A stretch of DNA of 64,000 nt from Barthelona sp. PCE (taxonomy: Eukaryota). The stretch lies in NCBI GenBank assembly GCA_040285745.1, contig JAUFOR010000001.1, positions 806,001 to 870,000 of the forward strand, in the 5' to 3' direction. Both the position numbers and the translations under genes were made by a program. Position 1 is the first letter of the stretch. Every line of letters starts with the position of its first letter. The notes under the pieces are model-generated. The model made no database searches, was not told where the DNA came from, and worked only from the letters and a program-made list of their open reading frames with translations. Below, piece after piece: positions 63,173 to 64,000 of the stretch.

Positions 63173-64000
63173 CTACATGTTATTGATGATGTTTTCCATC
63201 TCTTCAATTTCTTGATGATCCTCTAACAAGGACGATGTACTTTTTGTCTTACTGAAAGTCTCAGAATAACTTGACATATTGCTTGAACTGCTGTGTGATC
63301 TTGGTCGTCGTGGAGAGTTTGGGACAACTATTGTTACAGCATCCAAAACATCGATGGTAGGGCTGTCCCACTGTGGTTCAGGGAGCACACTCATGCTGCT
63401 ACTGTTGCTCAGATTCATAGGTGTAAATGATTCGAAAAGCCACTCATGCTGCAGCAATATAGAGGCTGTTGGTCGATCATCTGGATCCACCTGTAGACAC
63501 TCCATGAGGAACTCCCTTGCGTACCTCGGAAGATCCTTCGGTATCTCTGGTTTCTCACCTCTTCCTATTCGTAAAAGGGCAGCCATAGGGTTGTAGTTTG
63601 AATACGGCGGCTTTCCCGTCAGCATTTCAAGAACAGTCGCACCGAGCGACCATATATCTGCCTTACGCCCATGTCCGCTCTGCAATACTACTTCTGGTGC
63701 TATCCAATACGGAGAGCCATGTAACGAACGATGATCGATTGATCCTGTTCCTAGCTTAACACTTGCACCAAAATCTGCAAGCTTGACGCATCCCTCAGGC
63801 GTTACAAGGATGTTTGCTCCTTTTATATCTCTATGTATGATGCGGTGCGCATGTAAAAATTCCAAGCCTTGCAAGATCTGTCGTGTGTAGTTCTTCGCCA
63901 CTTTGTTCGGGAGTCCGCCGAACTGCCGTATCAAACTGGATAAGGTGCCACCGGCTATGTATTCCAAAAATATAGACATAACGTTTGGAGATATTTCTGT
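63173..64000 (-). CDS. STE11/MEKK-type MAP kinase kinase kinase, 3' part (5' end beyond window)
   Basis: IFLEY..GG, HRDIKGANIL, KLADFGAS, GSPYWIAPEV, ADIWSLG.TVLEM.TGKPP. Confidence 0.88.
   Translation of the reverse strand, partial: TEISPNVMSIFLEYIAGGTLSSLIRQFGGLPNKVAKNYTRQILQGLEFLHAHRIIHRDIKGANILVTPEGCVKLADFGASVKLGTGSIDHRSLHGSPYWIAPEVVLQSGHGRKADIWSLGATVLEMLTGKPPYSNYNPMAALLRIGRGEKPEIPKDLPRYAREFLMECLQVDPDDRPTASILLQHEWLFESFTPMNLSNSSSMSVLPEPQWDSPTIDVLDAVTIVVPNSPRRPRSHSSSSNMSSYSETFSKTKSTSSLLEDHQEIEEMENIINNM

Noticed and set aside
1-64000. CRISPR arrays, tRNA/rRNA genes, transposons, alternative genetic code
   Set aside because: No repeat-spacer periodicity, cloverleaf or transposase motifs seen. 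TAA, TAG and TGA all appear as terminal stops and conserved genes translate cleanly in the standard code.

Overview
This is a very gene-dense, intron-poor eukaryotic region with about 40 protein-coding genes; no rRNA, tRNA, CRISPR or recognisable transposon was seen. The flagellar genes (CCDC151/ODAD3, an NWE-motif microtubule inner protein), short spliceosomal introns, tiny intergenic spacers and bacterial-type salvage enzymes suggest a compact-genome flagellated protist. A metamonad is my inference, not shown directly. Recognisable genes include HPRT, CCT4, MTR4, deoC, CCDC151, RPB9, PgsA, Elongin B-like, CCDC22, RabGGTase alpha, MobA, GalM, TrpRS, PRP3, a short PIG-T-like protein, a Qa-SNARE, an amidohydrolase, eIF5B, CCDC93 and a MAP3K. 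There is also a 3973-aa IPT/TIG plus Cys-rich surface protein and a spliced ubiquitin-eL40 gene that the ORF track missed. The most striking signal is in gene architecture. Seven introns reconstructed by hand all end in a fixed-spacing branch-point/3' splice-site block (WCTHAY-W-YY-WAG, candidate branch A always at -8). Two of them split the start codon itself (AT|G), one is a GC-AG intron, and the longest carries an H/ACA-like hairpin. Other highlights are an ANKFN1/WAKE-like domain in a protist, a eukaryotic MobA, a standalone myosin-TH1 protein, an EF-hand loop in CCDC93, overlapping convergent stops and a GTAAA 3'-end motif. All family assignments are from motif recognition by eye; no searches were run.
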